A stretch of DNA of 64,000 bases, taken from IMG/VR virus record IMGVR_UViG_3300025000_000067, positions 1-64,000 of that record. The stretch is one strand, 5' to 3'. The notes under the pieces were generated by a model that did no database searches, was not told where the DNA came from, and worked only from the letters and a program-made list of their open reading frames with translations. Shown here piece after piece: positions 1 to 10,047 of the stretch (position 1 is its first letter; each line of letters opens with the position of its first letter). Origin of the DNA: a virus. The translations under genes and the position numbers were made by a program.

Positions 1-190
1 GGTGTATCAGCATTTCCCTTACCCGTAGGATACAGACCTCTACTTGCGGCTACGTTTGCTACAGTGGCTAATAATGCTATAGGTGCAATAACTGTAACAT
101 CTTCTGGGGGAGTTATTATGGGGGCAAACGGTTTGGGGACAGGTTGGTTTTCGCTTTCCAGTATTCCACCATTCAGAGCAGAACAGTAAA
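1..190 (+). CDS. 3' end of probable tail fibre protein (partial)
   Basis: Open frame from the window edge (..AFPLPVGYRPL..FSLSSIPPFRAEQ*). The LPxGYRP motif is typical of tail-fibre C-termini and the gene precedes the lysis cassette. Confidence 0.55.
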
Positions 191-201
191 GGAGTAAAAC
201 A

Positions 202-354
202 ATGAAAACAGTCGGTGAAGTCCTAGAAGAACTAGCCAAATTTCCTAAAGATGCGTTATGCTACGCCTATGAAGGTGAGATGCACGGTATTGTTATTGTA
301 GACAAAGATACTGATGAGCAACTAGGTACTGTTGAAGGAATGGAGGAATATTGA
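202..354 (+). CDS. small hypothetical protein (50 aa)
   Basis: AAGGAG RBS; MKTVGEVLEELAKFPKDALCYAYEGE...; below the ORF-track cutoff. Confidence 0.6.
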   Translation: MKTVGEVLEELAKFPKDALCYAYEGEMHGIVIVDKDTDEQLGTVEGMEEY

Positions 355-355
355 T

Positions 356-664
356 ATGAAAAAAGTAATACGCATTGACCAAAATGGATATTTCGTAGAA
401 GATGTATTATTGGAAGACTGGGAGGAAACATCCGAAGGTCTAGTTTCTCTCGAAGTTCCTGCAGGATTATATCTTCCTAGATATGTGGCAGGTGAGTGGG
501 TTGAAGGTAAATCGCAGGAAGAGATTGATGCTATTAGGAATGTGGTAGCGCCAAAGACAGAATTTGAGCTACTGCAAGAAGAAAGCGCCAAGCTAAAAAA
601 TGAATTACTGGTAACACAAACTGTACTTGATTTTGTTTTAGTTAATTTTATCCCCATGTTTTAG
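356..664 (+). CDS. phage tail-associated protein (tail fibre assembly-like)
   Basis: GGAGG RBS before ATG 356; IDQNGYFVEDV..P.GLYLPRY...W pattern common downstream of fibre genes. Confidence 0.5.
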   Translation: MKKVIRIDQNGYFVEDVLLEDWEETSEGLVSLEVPAGLYLPRYVAGEWVEGKSQEEIDAIRNVVAPKTEFELLQEESAKLKNELLVTQTVLDFVLVNFIPMF

Positions 665-701
665 ACATGGGGATAATAACATATGAAGGAGGTGAAAGGA
701 G

Positions 702-887
702 GTGGAAAAGAATATGGCAGCATACTTTGCAATGAGGACAATAACCAAGTATAACGAATCAGGATTAGTTGCAGCACAGACATACTACAATCAAATCTTT
801 GCAATCCCGCTCTACCAAACGTACCAAGCTGATACCAACGCGATTCTAATCGTTGACGGTTATGGTGATGTAATTCCGGTAGTTTAA
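702..887 (+). CDS. small hypothetical protein
   Basis: ORF with GGAGG RBS, followed by a terminator. Confidence 0.6.
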   Translation: MEKNMAAYFAMRTITKYNESGLVAAQTYYNQIFAIPLYQTYQADTNAILIVDGYGDVIPVV

Positions 888-926
888 GTCCCTACTCATC
901 CGTGTGCTAGTTAATCTACTTCCGAA

Positions 927-952
927 GCCCTCCTGAATGGAGGGCCTTTTTT
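927..952 (+). terminator. rho-independent terminator
   Basis: GCCCTCC-TGAAT-GGAGGGC followed by a T run. Confidence 0.8.
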
Positions 953-1033
953 ATAATTAGGTATAGGCTAAAACTGTATACTATGGTAATATTAGCTATG
1001 CCTAAATACTTCCGAAGTTAATAGCAAGGGGCG

Positions 1034-1510
1034 GTGCTTATGGGTGGACCTACAAATTTAACGTTAAATTCTATGCCATGGTGGGTAGGTATTGTCGCTG
1101 CAATTGTATCTGGACTGTGTGGTTATTTCACCACTCGAATGACTTCCAAGAGCAGGGTGCAATCAGAAAAGGACAAGGTTCAAGCAAAAGCTCAGTCAGA
1201 ACTAGTAACTCAGACTGTAGAACGTCAAAGACAGCTTGATGAGCGACAAGATAAAATGATGGATGACTTTTGCACGGATATTGACCGGCTGCGTGACGAA
1301 CTTCTACTCGTAAGAAAAGAGCTAAATGCCGAGAGGAGCCACAGCAGGGCCTTAAGTGTGGAAATGGAGTCAATTAAAACTGAGAACCGCAAGCTAAGTG
1401 AGGAAAATATTAGGTTGCAAGAGCAAGTCACTGAGTTAAAGGCTGAGCTTCAGAAGGTACAGAGTAATGAACGGGCAAGGTCTATGCGTGAGGAAGGAGT
1501 CAATGCCTAG
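1034..1510 (+). CDS. lysis-cassette membrane protein (N-terminal TM helix plus coiled coil)
   Basis: WWVGIVAAIVSGLCGYF TM helix, heptad-rich tail, overlaps the endolysin start. Confidence 0.6.
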   Translation: MLMGGPTNLTLNSMPWWVGIVAAIVSGLCGYFTTRMTSKSRVQSEKDKVQAKAQSELVTQTVERQRQLDERQDKMMDDFCTDIDRLRDELLLVRKELNAERSHSRALSVEMESIKTENRKLSEENIRLQEQVTELKAELQKVQSNERARSMREEGVNA

Positions 1511-2226
1511 TGAAGGAGAGAACCAGACCCTATGCCTACATAAACCTACACCATACTGCAGGGCATGAAGAAAATACGCAAAAGGTTCGTGAGATCCATA
1601 CTGGACCACCAAATAACTGGGGAGATATTGGCTACAACGCTGTAATTGAACCTAATGGGGCCATTGGCATAGGGCGGGATACTAAATGGTGTGGAGCCCA
1701 TAATCCGGGGATGTCACCTGACAAGGTTCATTCGATGAATGAAGTAGCTTTTGCGGTTTCACACATAGGTGATTTTACGAAAGATGCTATGGGGGAAGCC
1801 CAGTTTCGATCATCCATAAAATATGTAGCTCAAAAAATGAAAGAGTTTGGCCTAGTACCCTCAAAGAGGACCATTAGAAAACACAAGGATGACTACGCTA
1901 CGGATTGCCCAGGGGATAACTTTCCCTATGAACGATACGTTTCTGAGGTTATAAGGCTAATGAAAGGAGGAAGTACGGTGCCAGCTATTGCTATCTTAAA
2001 ATTCTCTCCTGAAGATGACTGGTCAGCTAAGGACATCGATGCTAGACTCGGTGGTGTGGCCACATACGTTAGGCAGGGCACAGACCGAAAGATTCCTTCA
2101 GAAGCTATGTCTGCCACTAAACTCATCGTCATTGGTGGACCAACAACAGGACATCCTAATGAAGTCCTGCTATCTGGAAAGACTAAGTATGATACAGCTG
2201 CAGCGGTAACTAAGTACTTAGGATAA
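1510..2226 (+). CDS. endolysin, N-acetylmuramoyl-L-alanine amidase (Amidase_2) with C-terminal cell-wall-binding repeat
   Basis: HHTAG, WGDIGYN, GAH, HKD..TDCPG Zn-amidase motifs; C-terminal IVIGG..LSGKTKYDTAAAV resembles CW_binding_2. Confidence 0.9.
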   Translation: MKERTRPYAYINLHHTAGHEENTQKVREIHTGPPNNWGDIGYNAVIEPNGAIGIGRDTKWCGAHNPGMSPDKVHSMNEVAFAVSHIGDFTKDAMGEAQFRSSIKYVAQKMKEFGLVPSKRTIRKHKDDYATDCPGDNFPYERYVSEVIRLMKGGSTVPAIAILKFSPEDDWSAKDIDARLGGVATYVRQGTDRKIPSEAMSATKLIVIGGPTTGHPNEVLLSGKTKYDTAAAVTKYLG

Positions 2227-2254
2227 TATACTAAGAAAGGAGAATGGTTATCTT

Positions 2255-2647
2255 ATGGACGTTGCTGTTACCTTTGCCTCGGTATTGGCACCTGTTGTTC
2301 TTGCCTTAGTACAGGTTGTCAAAACATCGTTTCCCATGCCAAAAAACTTTATCCCACTTCTCGGGCTACTCTTAGGGCTCATTGTCGGGTACTTAGCCTA
2401 CCCGTTTACTGATCTAACAGTTCCTGTTAGACTGTGGGCCGGAGCCATTGCCGGCCTAACTTCAGTAGGCCTCTTCGAAACTTTTAACACCCGGGTTGGC
2501 CTAACAACTGAAAAAACCCCAAATACTATCTCTTCAGCAGGGGCTATTATATCATCTAGATCCAGCTACGCAGTGGATAGTGAGTCTAACTTAGCGCAGG
2601 ATGTATCTAAGCATTTAACTTCCAAACAAAAGATTATAGGATTTTAA
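2255..2647 (+). CDS. holin
   Basis: three hydrophobic segments, LVQVVK..PKNFIPL..AGLTSVGLFE holin pattern, next to the endolysin. Confidence 0.85.
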   Translation: MDVAVTFASVLAPVVLALVQVVKTSFPMPKNFIPLLGLLLGLIVGYLAYPFTDLTVPVRLWAGAIAGLTSVGLFETFNTRVGLTTEKTPNTISSAGAIISSRSSYAVDSESNLAQDVSKHLTSKQKIIGF

Positions 2648-2693
2648 TATAAAGGGTAAAAGCCAGTGTAGTTAAAATCACTGACTTTTTACT

Positions 2694-2722
2694 TTACAAA
2701 CTTGTTCAGTGTTGTTATACTT
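2694..2722 (+). promoter_or_regulatory. sigma-A promoter of the HU gene with TTGTTCA operator in the spacer
   Basis: TTTACA-N17-TATACT with an extended -10 TG. Confidence 0.6.
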
Positions 2723-2798
2723 TGCTCAAGTGGTAGGGCAATATCACAGGGCTCAGAAGACTTCAAGCTTCTGAAGTAGAAAACAGGGGGAATAAACC

Positions 2799-3107
2799 AT
2801 GGCTAAGGCAGATTTTACCGGGGAAATTATGAATAAGCCTGAACTCATTGCAGCCGTTCAAGAAAAAACAGGAAGCAATAAAAAGGATGCAACAGCAAGC
2901 GTGAACGCAGTTTTTAAGATCATCGAGGAGCATCTGGCTAAGGGAAACAAGGTTCAAATCGTCGGACACGGTACATATGCAACAGTAGACCGTGAAGCAC
3001 GCACCGGGCGTAATCCTCAGACAAAAGAGCCTATTCAGATACCAGCTAAACGGGTGCCAACCTTTGACCCCGGTAAGGGTTTGAAAGACGCTGTACTGAT
3101 CAAATAG
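2799..3107 (+). CDS. hup: HU family DNA-binding protein
   Basis: MNKPELIAAV..KVQIVGHGTY..REARTGRNPQTKEPIQIPAKRVPTFDPGKGLKDAV; alternative start at 2829. Confidence 0.95.
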   Translation: MAKADFTGEIMNKPELIAAVQEKTGSNKKDATASVNAVFKIIEEHLAKGNKVQIVGHGTYATVDREARTGRNPQTKEPIQIPAKRVPTFDPGKGLKDAVLIK

Positions 3108-3266
3108 ACGGTGGTATACTGTACTAGGTATAAGGTGCTCTAACGCCTTAGACTTGGTGTCCACTTGAAAGTACCTTCTCTTGGCAGGGGTGTATTCATT
3201 TTCAAATGGGGTGAAAAAGTAGCTTTTCCTAGCAGGGGGCTACTTTTTCTATGCCCTTTTACTACC

Positions 3267-3337
3267 GTCCACTCTTTAAAGATGCCTATGTATAGTATAG
3301 ATAGAGGGGAGTATCCCCTAAAATAAAAGGAGCGTGT
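3267..3337 (+). promoter_or_regulatory. repeated early-gene leader (promoter, GGGG/CCCC hairpin, RBS), copy 1
   Basis: GTCCACT.TTTAAA..CCTATGTATAGTAT..AGGGG..CCCCTAAAATAAAAGGAGCGTGT; further copies at 7961, 38426, 38682, 40428, 41018. Confidence 0.8.
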
Positions 3338-3338
3338 A

Positions 3339-3746
3339 ATGATGAAACAACTTATTACTAAAGCCAATGCTGAGAGCTACTGCAAGATGCTGGAAGAATC
3401 CCTTGATAAATTTATTAGCTACTGTGAAGAGTACCCTGCGTACACAAAGTACACCATACATTATCTACCTGCTAGGTGGATTAAACAAAACTATAAGGAT
3501 AAGATAGCCTTGCATATCCTGAGCTTTGCAAGTTCTGGAACACCACACTTCCTTGATGGGAAGCCTGCTTTTGTGGGGCAGACCCTAGATTTTATGCAGC
3601 ATGTTGAATGGTTTATCTTCACTTTTAATGAGGCACGATCCCCATTAAGTTTAACTGAACAAAACGAGCTCAGTAAAAAGTATGTGCACTTTGACTTCTC
3701 AGTCAAAAAAGTGAAGACGATTAATGATCTACTGCAGAAAGGGTGA
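3339..3746 (+). CDS. hypothetical early protein
   Basis: ORF directly behind the leader and RBS. Confidence 0.7.
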   Translation: MMKQLITKANAESYCKMLEESLDKFISYCEEYPAYTKYTIHYLPARWIKQNYKDKIALHILSFASSGTPHFLDGKPAFVGQTLDFMQHVEWFIFTFNEARSPLSLTEQNELSKKYVHFDFSVKKVKTINDLLQKG

Positions 3747-3752
3747 TAAATT

Positions 3753-3935
3753 ATGAGACTAGGAACTGGTCGTGCTGGCTACTCAAAGTTACCTTGCCCA
3801 TACTGTAAAAAAGAGATTGATGGTAATCGTATGGCTGTCCACAAGAGAACTTGCCCTCTGCGAATATACAAGGCACCCATAACTGAGTTACTTTATGGCG
3901 AAATTAAGAAAGCTGGTAGATGGTCTGAGGTTTAA
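3753..3935 (+). CDS. small C2HC zinc-finger protein
   Basis: CPYC..H...C. Confidence 0.55.
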   Translation: MRLGTGRAGYSKLPCPYCKKEIDGNRMAVHKRTCPLRIYKAPITELLYGEIKKAGRWSEV

Positions 3936-3993
3936 AACCTTTAGAAGAGCAGGGGAGCAAGCCTCCCCTAAAACAAAAAGGAGCGTGTAAACT

Positions 3994-4677
3994 ATGAAAC
4001 TACGTGCAAGCAAAAAATCCCTTGAGGACAATAGAATGGCACCTATTTTGCCCGAGAAGCCCAAAGAGGTCCAAGTATCTATCCAGCCTATATTGGATGC
4101 TCAGAAAGGCGAGTTTTTGTACTGGCTAGAGCAGAAAGCACAAGACTCCAGTTTTGTGTTCTTTTCTGATATGTTCAAGAGAATCAATAATGGTCAGGTG
4201 CTCACCCCGAATATGATTACAGCCCTACGGAGGTGCATGGGGCAAGATGCAGAAAGATCAAATCCTGATAAACCTGTGGACGAGAAGGACCTTCCGACCA
4301 TGACCTTCAAGATGAAGCAGTTCTGGACCAAGAAAAATGACCTTGGGTCCCGGGTGATTACAGGGAAGGTTCTCAGGGAAACACATAAGGCTTATCTCCT
4401 GAAGGGGCATGCAGATATGGTTGAAGGCTCCTGGTGTATGAGGTGTGGGAGGGAGCTGACTGAACCTGCATCCATGGTTATAGGCTATGGTGCTATATGC
4501 TGTGCAAAGCTAGGGGTTGACTATCCGAGTGATATCCTAACTTCAAGTAAGAAAGAGCGGTTGGCCATCCGGAAGAAGCTAATGACAGTTCTGCACAATC
4601 AGACGTTTGAAGCATGGGTCCCGAAGTCTCAAATTGAGGAAATTATAGAAAAGAAGGGAAGTAAAAGGAGTGAGTAA
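3994..4677 (+). CDS. DUF6011-like zinc-binding protein
   Basis: CMRCGRELTEPASMVIGYGAICCAK signature. Confidence 0.75.
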   Translation: MKLRASKKSLEDNRMAPILPEKPKEVQVSIQPILDAQKGEFLYWLEQKAQDSSFVFFSDMFKRINNGQVLTPNMITALRRCMGQDAERSNPDKPVDEKDLPTMTFKMKQFWTKKNDLGSRVITGKVLRETHKAYLLKGHADMVEGSWCMRCGRELTEPASMVIGYGAICCAKLGVDYPSDILTSSKKERLAIRKKLMTVLHNQTFEAWVPKSQIEEIIEKKGSKRSE

Positions 4678-4828
4678 AATTTACACTCTATCTATAAATG
4701 ATGGATTGGGTAGATCCACAGATATTGGGGCATTTACCTCCATGGTGAAACTTCAAGTATACAAAGATGAAAACCCTATAGGCGCATATGAATCATACGA
4801 AATTAATGAATTTATTTTTATAGAATAA
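4670..4828 (+). CDS. small hypothetical protein (52 aa)
   Basis: GTG start overlapping the upstream stop; followed by a terminator-like hairpin. Confidence 0.45.
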   Translation: MSKIYTLSINDGLGRSTDIGAFTSMVKLQVYKDENPIGAYESYEINEFIFIE

Positions 4829-4932
4829 AGGCTCCTAATATAGGGGTCTTTTCCCATTTTATAACTGTCAGAATAATCAGATAACACCATGAAAAGTATC
4901 TATATAAGAGAAAAAGTAAAAGGGTTTTTTAG

Positions 4933-5104
4933 ATTACGTATGAGTTGGTACGTAATTTTCATATGCCATCGGTTTTTCTTTTGTGTTAAATTTTTTTTTT
5001 TTTTTTTTATTTTATGTTTTTAAAAAGTGTTAAAAATATTTTTAAAAGAGACACCCCCTATTTTCTGAAAAGTAATTGCGATTACGTACCAACTCATACG
5101 TAAC
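4933..5104. repeat. AT-rich element A bracketed by inverted ATTACGTA-N8-TACGTAA boxes (candidate origin or recombination site)
   Basis: 4933-4956 ATTACGTA-TGAGTTGG-TACGTAAT and 5081-5104 ATTACGTA-CCAACTCA-TACGTAAC flank a poly-T tract. Confidence 0.85.
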
Positions 5105-5287
5105 CTCCAATAGCCCGAATTTTTAATATTATAAATTACTAATGTATACTTCTTTTTGCCTATTCCCATTAAAAATACCTTGCATACTAAGGCTTATAGC
5201 GGTGTATACTAGCTATGAGTGGCTTCGGAAGCCATGCAGGAGGAGGCTATGTCCCCCAAAATAAACTACTAAAGGAGCTGTAAATTT

Positions 5288-6352
5288 ATGCCAAGGGTAT
5301 TAAAGGCAAAAAGAAGTGATATTAACCCCGTGCTGCTGGATCCTTCTATACATTGTAATCAAGAGTATATGAGTCCATCAGACTGTATTTATGAGGGCAT
5401 GGAGAGCATCACAACTGCAGGATATCCGAGTACAGAAGTTCATGAGCAGCCTATTGTAGAGGTTACCCAACTAGAGGTGAAGAAGGCCTTAAAGTTGCTC
5501 CAGACTAGGCAGAATGCTATCATGAGTGTGCTCTATAAGGCTCATGATGACTACAACCATAAGTACTTCCAAGGAAGGCTTTCAGTGCCTCTTATAACGA
5601 TTGAGAAGCTATCCCATAAGACGCTTGGTAGTTATATGGCAAATGCTGACTCTGCAGGTCTTGAGAATCATATAATACTCAATCGTAACTTTGTGGCCTT
5701 GAATACAGAGACTAGGATACTTGAAGCCCTTAAGCATCAGATGATTCATCAGTATCAGGATGAAGTTATCTATGAGAAGCACACTAAAGATGGCTTAATT
5801 CTTCATGAGGGTGAAAAACGTCCTAAGGCTTGGCATAACAAAGACTTTAAGAACTTGGCTATAAATATTGGCATAGCAGCTAAGGGCTCTAAATGTTACG
5901 GAAGTCCTGCTAAGATGCCTGAGCCTAAGAGCTATAATCGAAAGTTTGTGTGTAGGTGTGTAGCTTCTAACGGATATCCCCTGACAATATGGTCAACCCG
6001 GGAGATTAAAGCTACTTGCCAGGTGTGCAGCAGCTCATTTGTTGAGGTAAGTAAGGCCGGAGATGTTATACCTGTAGAAGCTAGTGATATTGAGGGTACA
6101 GGGCAGGATGCTATTGAGATCCGGATGAGGGGGGAGTTTTCTGTATTTGAGAAATTTAAGGATAAGCGTGCCCTAACGAGTAAGATAAAGGAGCTTAAGA
6201 AGTCGGGTACTAGGTACAAAGAAGGTATATACCAGAAAGGGCATAATTCCTGTCTTGCAGGGTATAGTTACTGGGTAGCCTTCGAGGATCGGATAACACC
6301 AGTGCCACCGCTAAGCAGACTAAGTAGGTTAAAGAGGGGAGCTGCAAAGTAA
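5288..6352 (+). CDS. SprT-like zinc metalloprotease-domain protein (HExxH altered to HQxxH)
   Basis: YNHKYFQGRL, LKHQMIH, WHNKDFK, C-terminal CxC..CxxC. Confidence 0.8.
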   Translation: MPRVLKAKRSDINPVLLDPSIHCNQEYMSPSDCIYEGMESITTAGYPSTEVHEQPIVEVTQLEVKKALKLLQTRQNAIMSVLYKAHDDYNHKYFQGRLSVPLITIEKLSHKTLGSYMANADSAGLENHIILNRNFVALNTETRILEALKHQMIHQYQDEVIYEKHTKDGLILHEGEKRPKAWHNKDFKNLAINIGIAAKGSKCYGSPAKMPEPKSYNRKFVCRCVASNGYPLTIWSTREIKATCQVCSSSFVEVSKAGDVIPVEASDIEGTGQDAIEIRMRGEFSVFEKFKDKRALTSKIKELKKSGTRYKEGIYQKGHNSCLAGYSYWVAFEDRITPVPPLSRLSRLKRGAAK

Positions 6353-6660
6353 TGTCTAGAGAAGAACTGTTGGCTAAGCTTAGTAATTCCAAGTTACGTA
6401 AAGTAAAAGCACGCATGGTTAGGGAGGCCCTAAAGACCGGGGCCTGTGACCGTGGTAACCATGCGGTTATTGCTAGTGAAGTAAACATTCGTTTCTTTTA
6501 CCGGGGTGTGGTAGTGGCCTGCATTTCAATTGATACACTAGCAGTTGATTATCCGCTCGTGGGAGAATATGAGCATACAGCGTCTACGTCTTATCATCGA
6601 AAGACTATAGGCGATGCCATAGGGGAGATACAAAGACTAATTGATAGGGAGGCATGCTAG
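6352..6660 (+). CDS. hypothetical protein
   Basis: translationally coupled ORF. Confidence 0.65.
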   Translation: MSREELLAKLSNSKLRKVKARMVREALKTGACDRGNHAVIASEVNIRFFYRGVVVACISIDTLAVDYPLVGEYEHTASTSYHRKTIGDAIGEIQRLIDREAC

Positions 6661-6927
6661 ATGGTAGCTTGTGAGGATGCAGAAGCACTAGATTTTGTTA
6701 ATGCCATGATACTCGTGAGTAAAGCACACGATGAACTCTTGAGAAGGCTATTTGGGGGTGTTCCTGTAAACGTTAAATTTCTAGCTGTATCTCGGGAGAA
6801 GTATACTGAAGTCATGCAAGATATTCAAAAAGAGTATGGCTTAGGTGAAGGTAGCCCTAATCATATGCTTTTCGTTTTTGAACAGCTCAGTCGATCACCA
6901 AGATTTGAGGAGGATGAAAGCCAATGA
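6661..6927 (+). CDS. hypothetical protein
   Basis: coupled ORF with GGAGG RBS. Confidence 0.65.
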   Translation: MVACEDAEALDFVNAMILVSKAHDELLRRLFGGVPVNVKFLAVSREKYTEVMQDIQKEYGLGEGSPNHMLFVFEQLSRSPRFEEDESQ

Positions 6928-7238
6928 GTGAAGCACAGCCACAGTGGGTAAAGTTATTCTTAGTACCACAAACTGATCATTTGAACAGCATGCCACCCTC
7001 CGTTATTGGGCTTCTCATAAAAGAAACACCAGGTAGCTATGTGCTTAACCCTATGCTTGAACCTACTGAAGACGAAGAAACCTATGATACAGTGTATATC
7101 TCAGCCGGCATGAACTTCGTCAACAAAACTTATGTATGGAGAAACCAGATACTAGAGTATAAGCCAGAAGTTGGGGTTATTGGCTCAAAGCTTCAGAAGA
7201 CAGAGTCCTACGATGAGAATAGTGGTGGGCTAGGTTAA
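6924..7238 (+). CDS. hypothetical protein
   Basis: ATGA overlap; terminator follows. Confidence 0.65.
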   Translation: MSEAQPQWVKLFLVPQTDHLNSMPPSVIGLLIKETPGSYVLNPMLEPTEDEETYDTVYISAGMNFVNKTYVWRNQILEYKPEVGVIGSKLQKTESYDENSGGLG

Positions 7239-7262
7239 AAGGCAGCTTAACGCTGCCTTTTT
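7238..7262 (+). terminator. rho-independent terminator
   Basis: GGCAGC-TTAAC-GCTGCC-TTTTT. Confidence 0.8.
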
Positions 7263-7315
7263 GGTAAATAAAGTTGTTCAAAGTTGTGTATACTTGTACC
7301 CTAAAATAGGTTACA

Positions 7316-7954
7316 ATGAGAAGACTAAAGGAGATGATTTTAGTGACTGAAAAAGAACATGTATCGTGGGTTAAAACACTAAAAGTAGGTGATGAGGTTT
7401 GCTATACAGTCGGTGGCTCACACATTGGCAGCAGGGGTGATACTAGGGTGGTACTGGTAAAAAAGGTAACCCCAACAGGCATGATTAGAGTTTCGGATGG
7501 TACGCTATTTAATACCCGGGGAAAAGCAAACAATGGGACGAGATGGATATTCTTAGAGGCTTTTAATGAAGTTAAGAAAGCGCAAGTAGCACGGGGGCAG
7601 ATAGTAGATAAAGCTGGTCATAGTGCTTATGTACTAAGCAGCAATAAGGTTAGCCTTTCAAAAGTCTCAAGTAGTCTTCTTCAGGAACTTGTTAACCTAG
7701 AAGCTAGGATATCTCTAAGTTTAAAAGAGCCTGCTGAGGAGACTGATGCCCAAAAGAAACTGTGTGGGTGTGGAAGAGAGTCCACGAAAGTATATACCGA
7801 TCCTCGGTTCGGTGGGACTTTGGATGTATGTGATGACTGCTATGATCTAAATGAATGTCAGGACCAGGGTCATGGTGTTACAGGTGAATCATACTCTATA
7901 GAAGAGTGCATTGAGATTTTGGAAGCTAGGGGATGGAAAAGTCACTATGACTAA
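7316..7954 (+). CDS. hypothetical protein (SH3-like beta-barrel N-terminus, Cys-rich C-terminus)
   Basis: LKVGDEV..VKKVTPTGMIRV; CGC..CDDC. Confidence 0.6.
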   Translation: MRRLKEMILVTEKEHVSWVKTLKVGDEVCYTVGGSHIGSRGDTRVVLVKKVTPTGMIRVSDGTLFNTRGKANNGTRWIFLEAFNEVKKAQVARGQIVDKAGHSAYVLSSNKVSLSKVSSSLLQELVNLEARISLSLKEPAEETDAQKKLCGCGRESTKVYTDPRFGGTLDVCDDCYDLNECQDQGHGVTGESYSIEECIEILEARGWKSHYD

Positions 7955-8048
7955 AAAACCATCCACTTTTTAAAAGTTCCTATGTATGATCCCAGTAAGG
8001 GGCGGGGCAGGAAGCCCCTAAAATAACTACTGTGAGGAGTGAAAACCT

Positions 8049-10031
8049 ATGATTTTAGACTTAGTCGATGCCAAGCATGCCTTTTTCAACGGGAATACGT
8101 TCAGCTACAAAGCCCTTATTAAAGTAGTACCAGGGGCTGCATGGAATTCAAGTGACAGGCGCTGGGAGGTGCCCATAGAGAGTGTAATGGATGCTAAGCG
8201 TATTCTCCCATCCCTGCAGCTTTCTGAGGATATACAGCGCCTTGTAAAGGCTCTTGACGTTAGAAATAAGAAAGCTATTGAGCTTAAGTCAGCTGATGAG
8301 TCAAAAGCAGTTGCCACGGTTAAAGGTCTTAAAGGAACTCTACGGCCCTATCAGGCAGTTGGCAAAGCCTTCTTGGATGTTCTTCAGCAGGGGGAGGGTG
8401 CTATTCTCGGTTATGACATGGGTCTTGGGAAGTCACTGACAGGATTAGCAACGTTCTTAGACTGGAAGAATAGAGGGATTGTTGATTATTGTTTAGTAAT
8501 CTGCCCAGCGCCTCTGAAGTACTCGACATGGGAGAAAGAAGTTCAGAAGTGGACTGACCTTGAGGTAGTAATTGTCGATGGGGATAAGCCAGAAGTGGTG
8601 GAATGGGACGATGGCACAAAGGAGAAGTTAAAAGGACGGAGTTTACGAGAGGTCCAGTATCTTCAGTACCAGTACGGGGCAGCTATCATTGTTATGAACT
8701 ATGAGCTTTTTCTCCATGATAGTGAAGTTGACCGGTGGGATAAAGTTCGTGATCTAAACCAAGATGAGATAGACATGTACTTTAGATTAGCATCTGAAAA
8801 TAATGATGCAAATGGGCGAAAAGCTGACAGTGCTAAAGGGTTAGCTGTCGCAAGTAAAGCACTTGTTAAAATGCTGGTGTCTTCTGCAGAAGCAAAGGAA
8901 CATAAGATTTATGGTAAGAAGACCCCATGCCTAGCAAAGAGGCGCGTGCTTCATAACATCATACCGAGAATTAATGATCGCTGGTGTGTGATCCTTGATG
9001 AAGCTCACAGGTGTAAAAATAACAAGAGCTCAGCTGTTAAAAGAATCTTCAAAGCCCTTCCCAATGCAGGTAGAAAGATCCCAATGAGTGGAACACCCCT
9101 AGAGAACAATATCCAAGAGCTCTGGTCACTTGTAGACTTGTGTAGGCCAGGACTTTTAGGTACTCACTTTAAATTTATTGATCGTTACTGTGAGAAGGAC
9201 TTCTTCGGAACCATTGTAGGCCCTAAAGTGGGTATGATGCAGGAATTAAAGGACCGCATAGCCCCTATAATGCTTCGGAAGACAAAGGAAGAGGCTCTAC
9301 CAGACCTGCCAGAACTTACAGTCCAAGACTACTGGGTGACTATGACTCCTGAACAAACTAAGCTCTATGCTATGATCAAAGAGGGCATACTTCAGAACCT
9401 AGAAACTCAAGAGTTTTCGTACTTAGAGACTTTAGCCCAACTCACTAGGCTTCAGCAACTCCTTGATAGCCCAAGGCTCCTGAAGGAGGTCCTAGGAGAT
9501 GATACCCTGCCTATTGAAAGTGGTAAGCTGAATGAACTAGCTCATTTGATTGAAGACATAGGTCCTAAAAAATTTGTGCTCTTCAGTCAGTACAGGGAGA
9601 TGACTGATATCCTGTATAATTGGCTTATTGACTCAAAGATCCTTCAGAAGGACCAGATAGGGTACATTCATGGTGGTATGCAGGCCAGAAAAACAGCCCA
9701 AATTCAGGATGGCTTTCAAGAAGGGGATATCCAATGTGTACTCATGACGACAGCTGGTAACTATGGTCTTCAGTTGGATGCTGGAAGTTACGTCATATGT
9801 TACGATGAATTATGGAATCCTCAGAAGATGGCCCAGATATACTCGCGAGTTCACCGGAGCGGGGTTAAGAACGCAGTAATAGCCATTAATATGGTAACCC
9901 GGGGAACTTATGAGGAGAACAAGCTAAAGATCCTTGAGGGTAAGCGTGAGCTGTTCAGTGCCATGATCGACAATGATGACACAGCCTTTGCTAGTATTCT
10001 TAGTAAGGATGACTTTATAAATATGATTTAG
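8049..10031 (+). CDS. SNF2-family helicase
   Basis: LRPYQ, DMGLGKS, DEAH, SGTPLENNIQELWSL, SGKL, FSQY, GNYGLQL, WNP..Q..SRVHRSG. Confidence 0.95.
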   Translation: MILDLVDAKHAFFNGNTFSYKALIKVVPGAAWNSSDRRWEVPIESVMDAKRILPSLQLSEDIQRLVKALDVRNKKAIELKSADESKAVATVKGLKGTLRPYQAVGKAFLDVLQQGEGAILGYDMGLGKSLTGLATFLDWKNRGIVDYCLVICPAPLKYSTWEKEVQKWTDLEVVIVDGDKPEVVEWDDGTKEKLKGRSLREVQYLQYQYGAAIIVMNYELFLHDSEVDRWDKVRDLNQDEIDMYFRLASENNDANGRKADSAKGLAVASKALVKMLVSSAEAKEHKIYGKKTPCLAKRRVLHNIIPRINDRWCVILDEAHRCKNNKSSAVKRIFKALPNAGRKIPMSGTPLENNIQELWSLVDLCRPGLLGTHFKFIDRYCEKDFFGTIVGPKVGMMQELKDRIAPIMLRKTKEEALPDLPELTVQDYWVTMTPEQTKLYAMIKEGILQNLETQEFSYLETLAQLTRLQQLLDSPRLLKEVLGDDTLPIESGKLNELAHLIEDIGPKKFVLFSQYREMTDILYNWLIDSKILQKDQIGYIHGGMQARKTAQIQDGFQEGDIQCVLMTTAGNYGLQLDAGSYVICYDELWNPQKMAQIYSRVHRSGVKNAVIAINMVTRGTYEENKLKILEGKRELFSAMIDNDDTAFASILSKDDFINMI

Positions 10032-10047
10032 GGGGAGGTAACAACTA

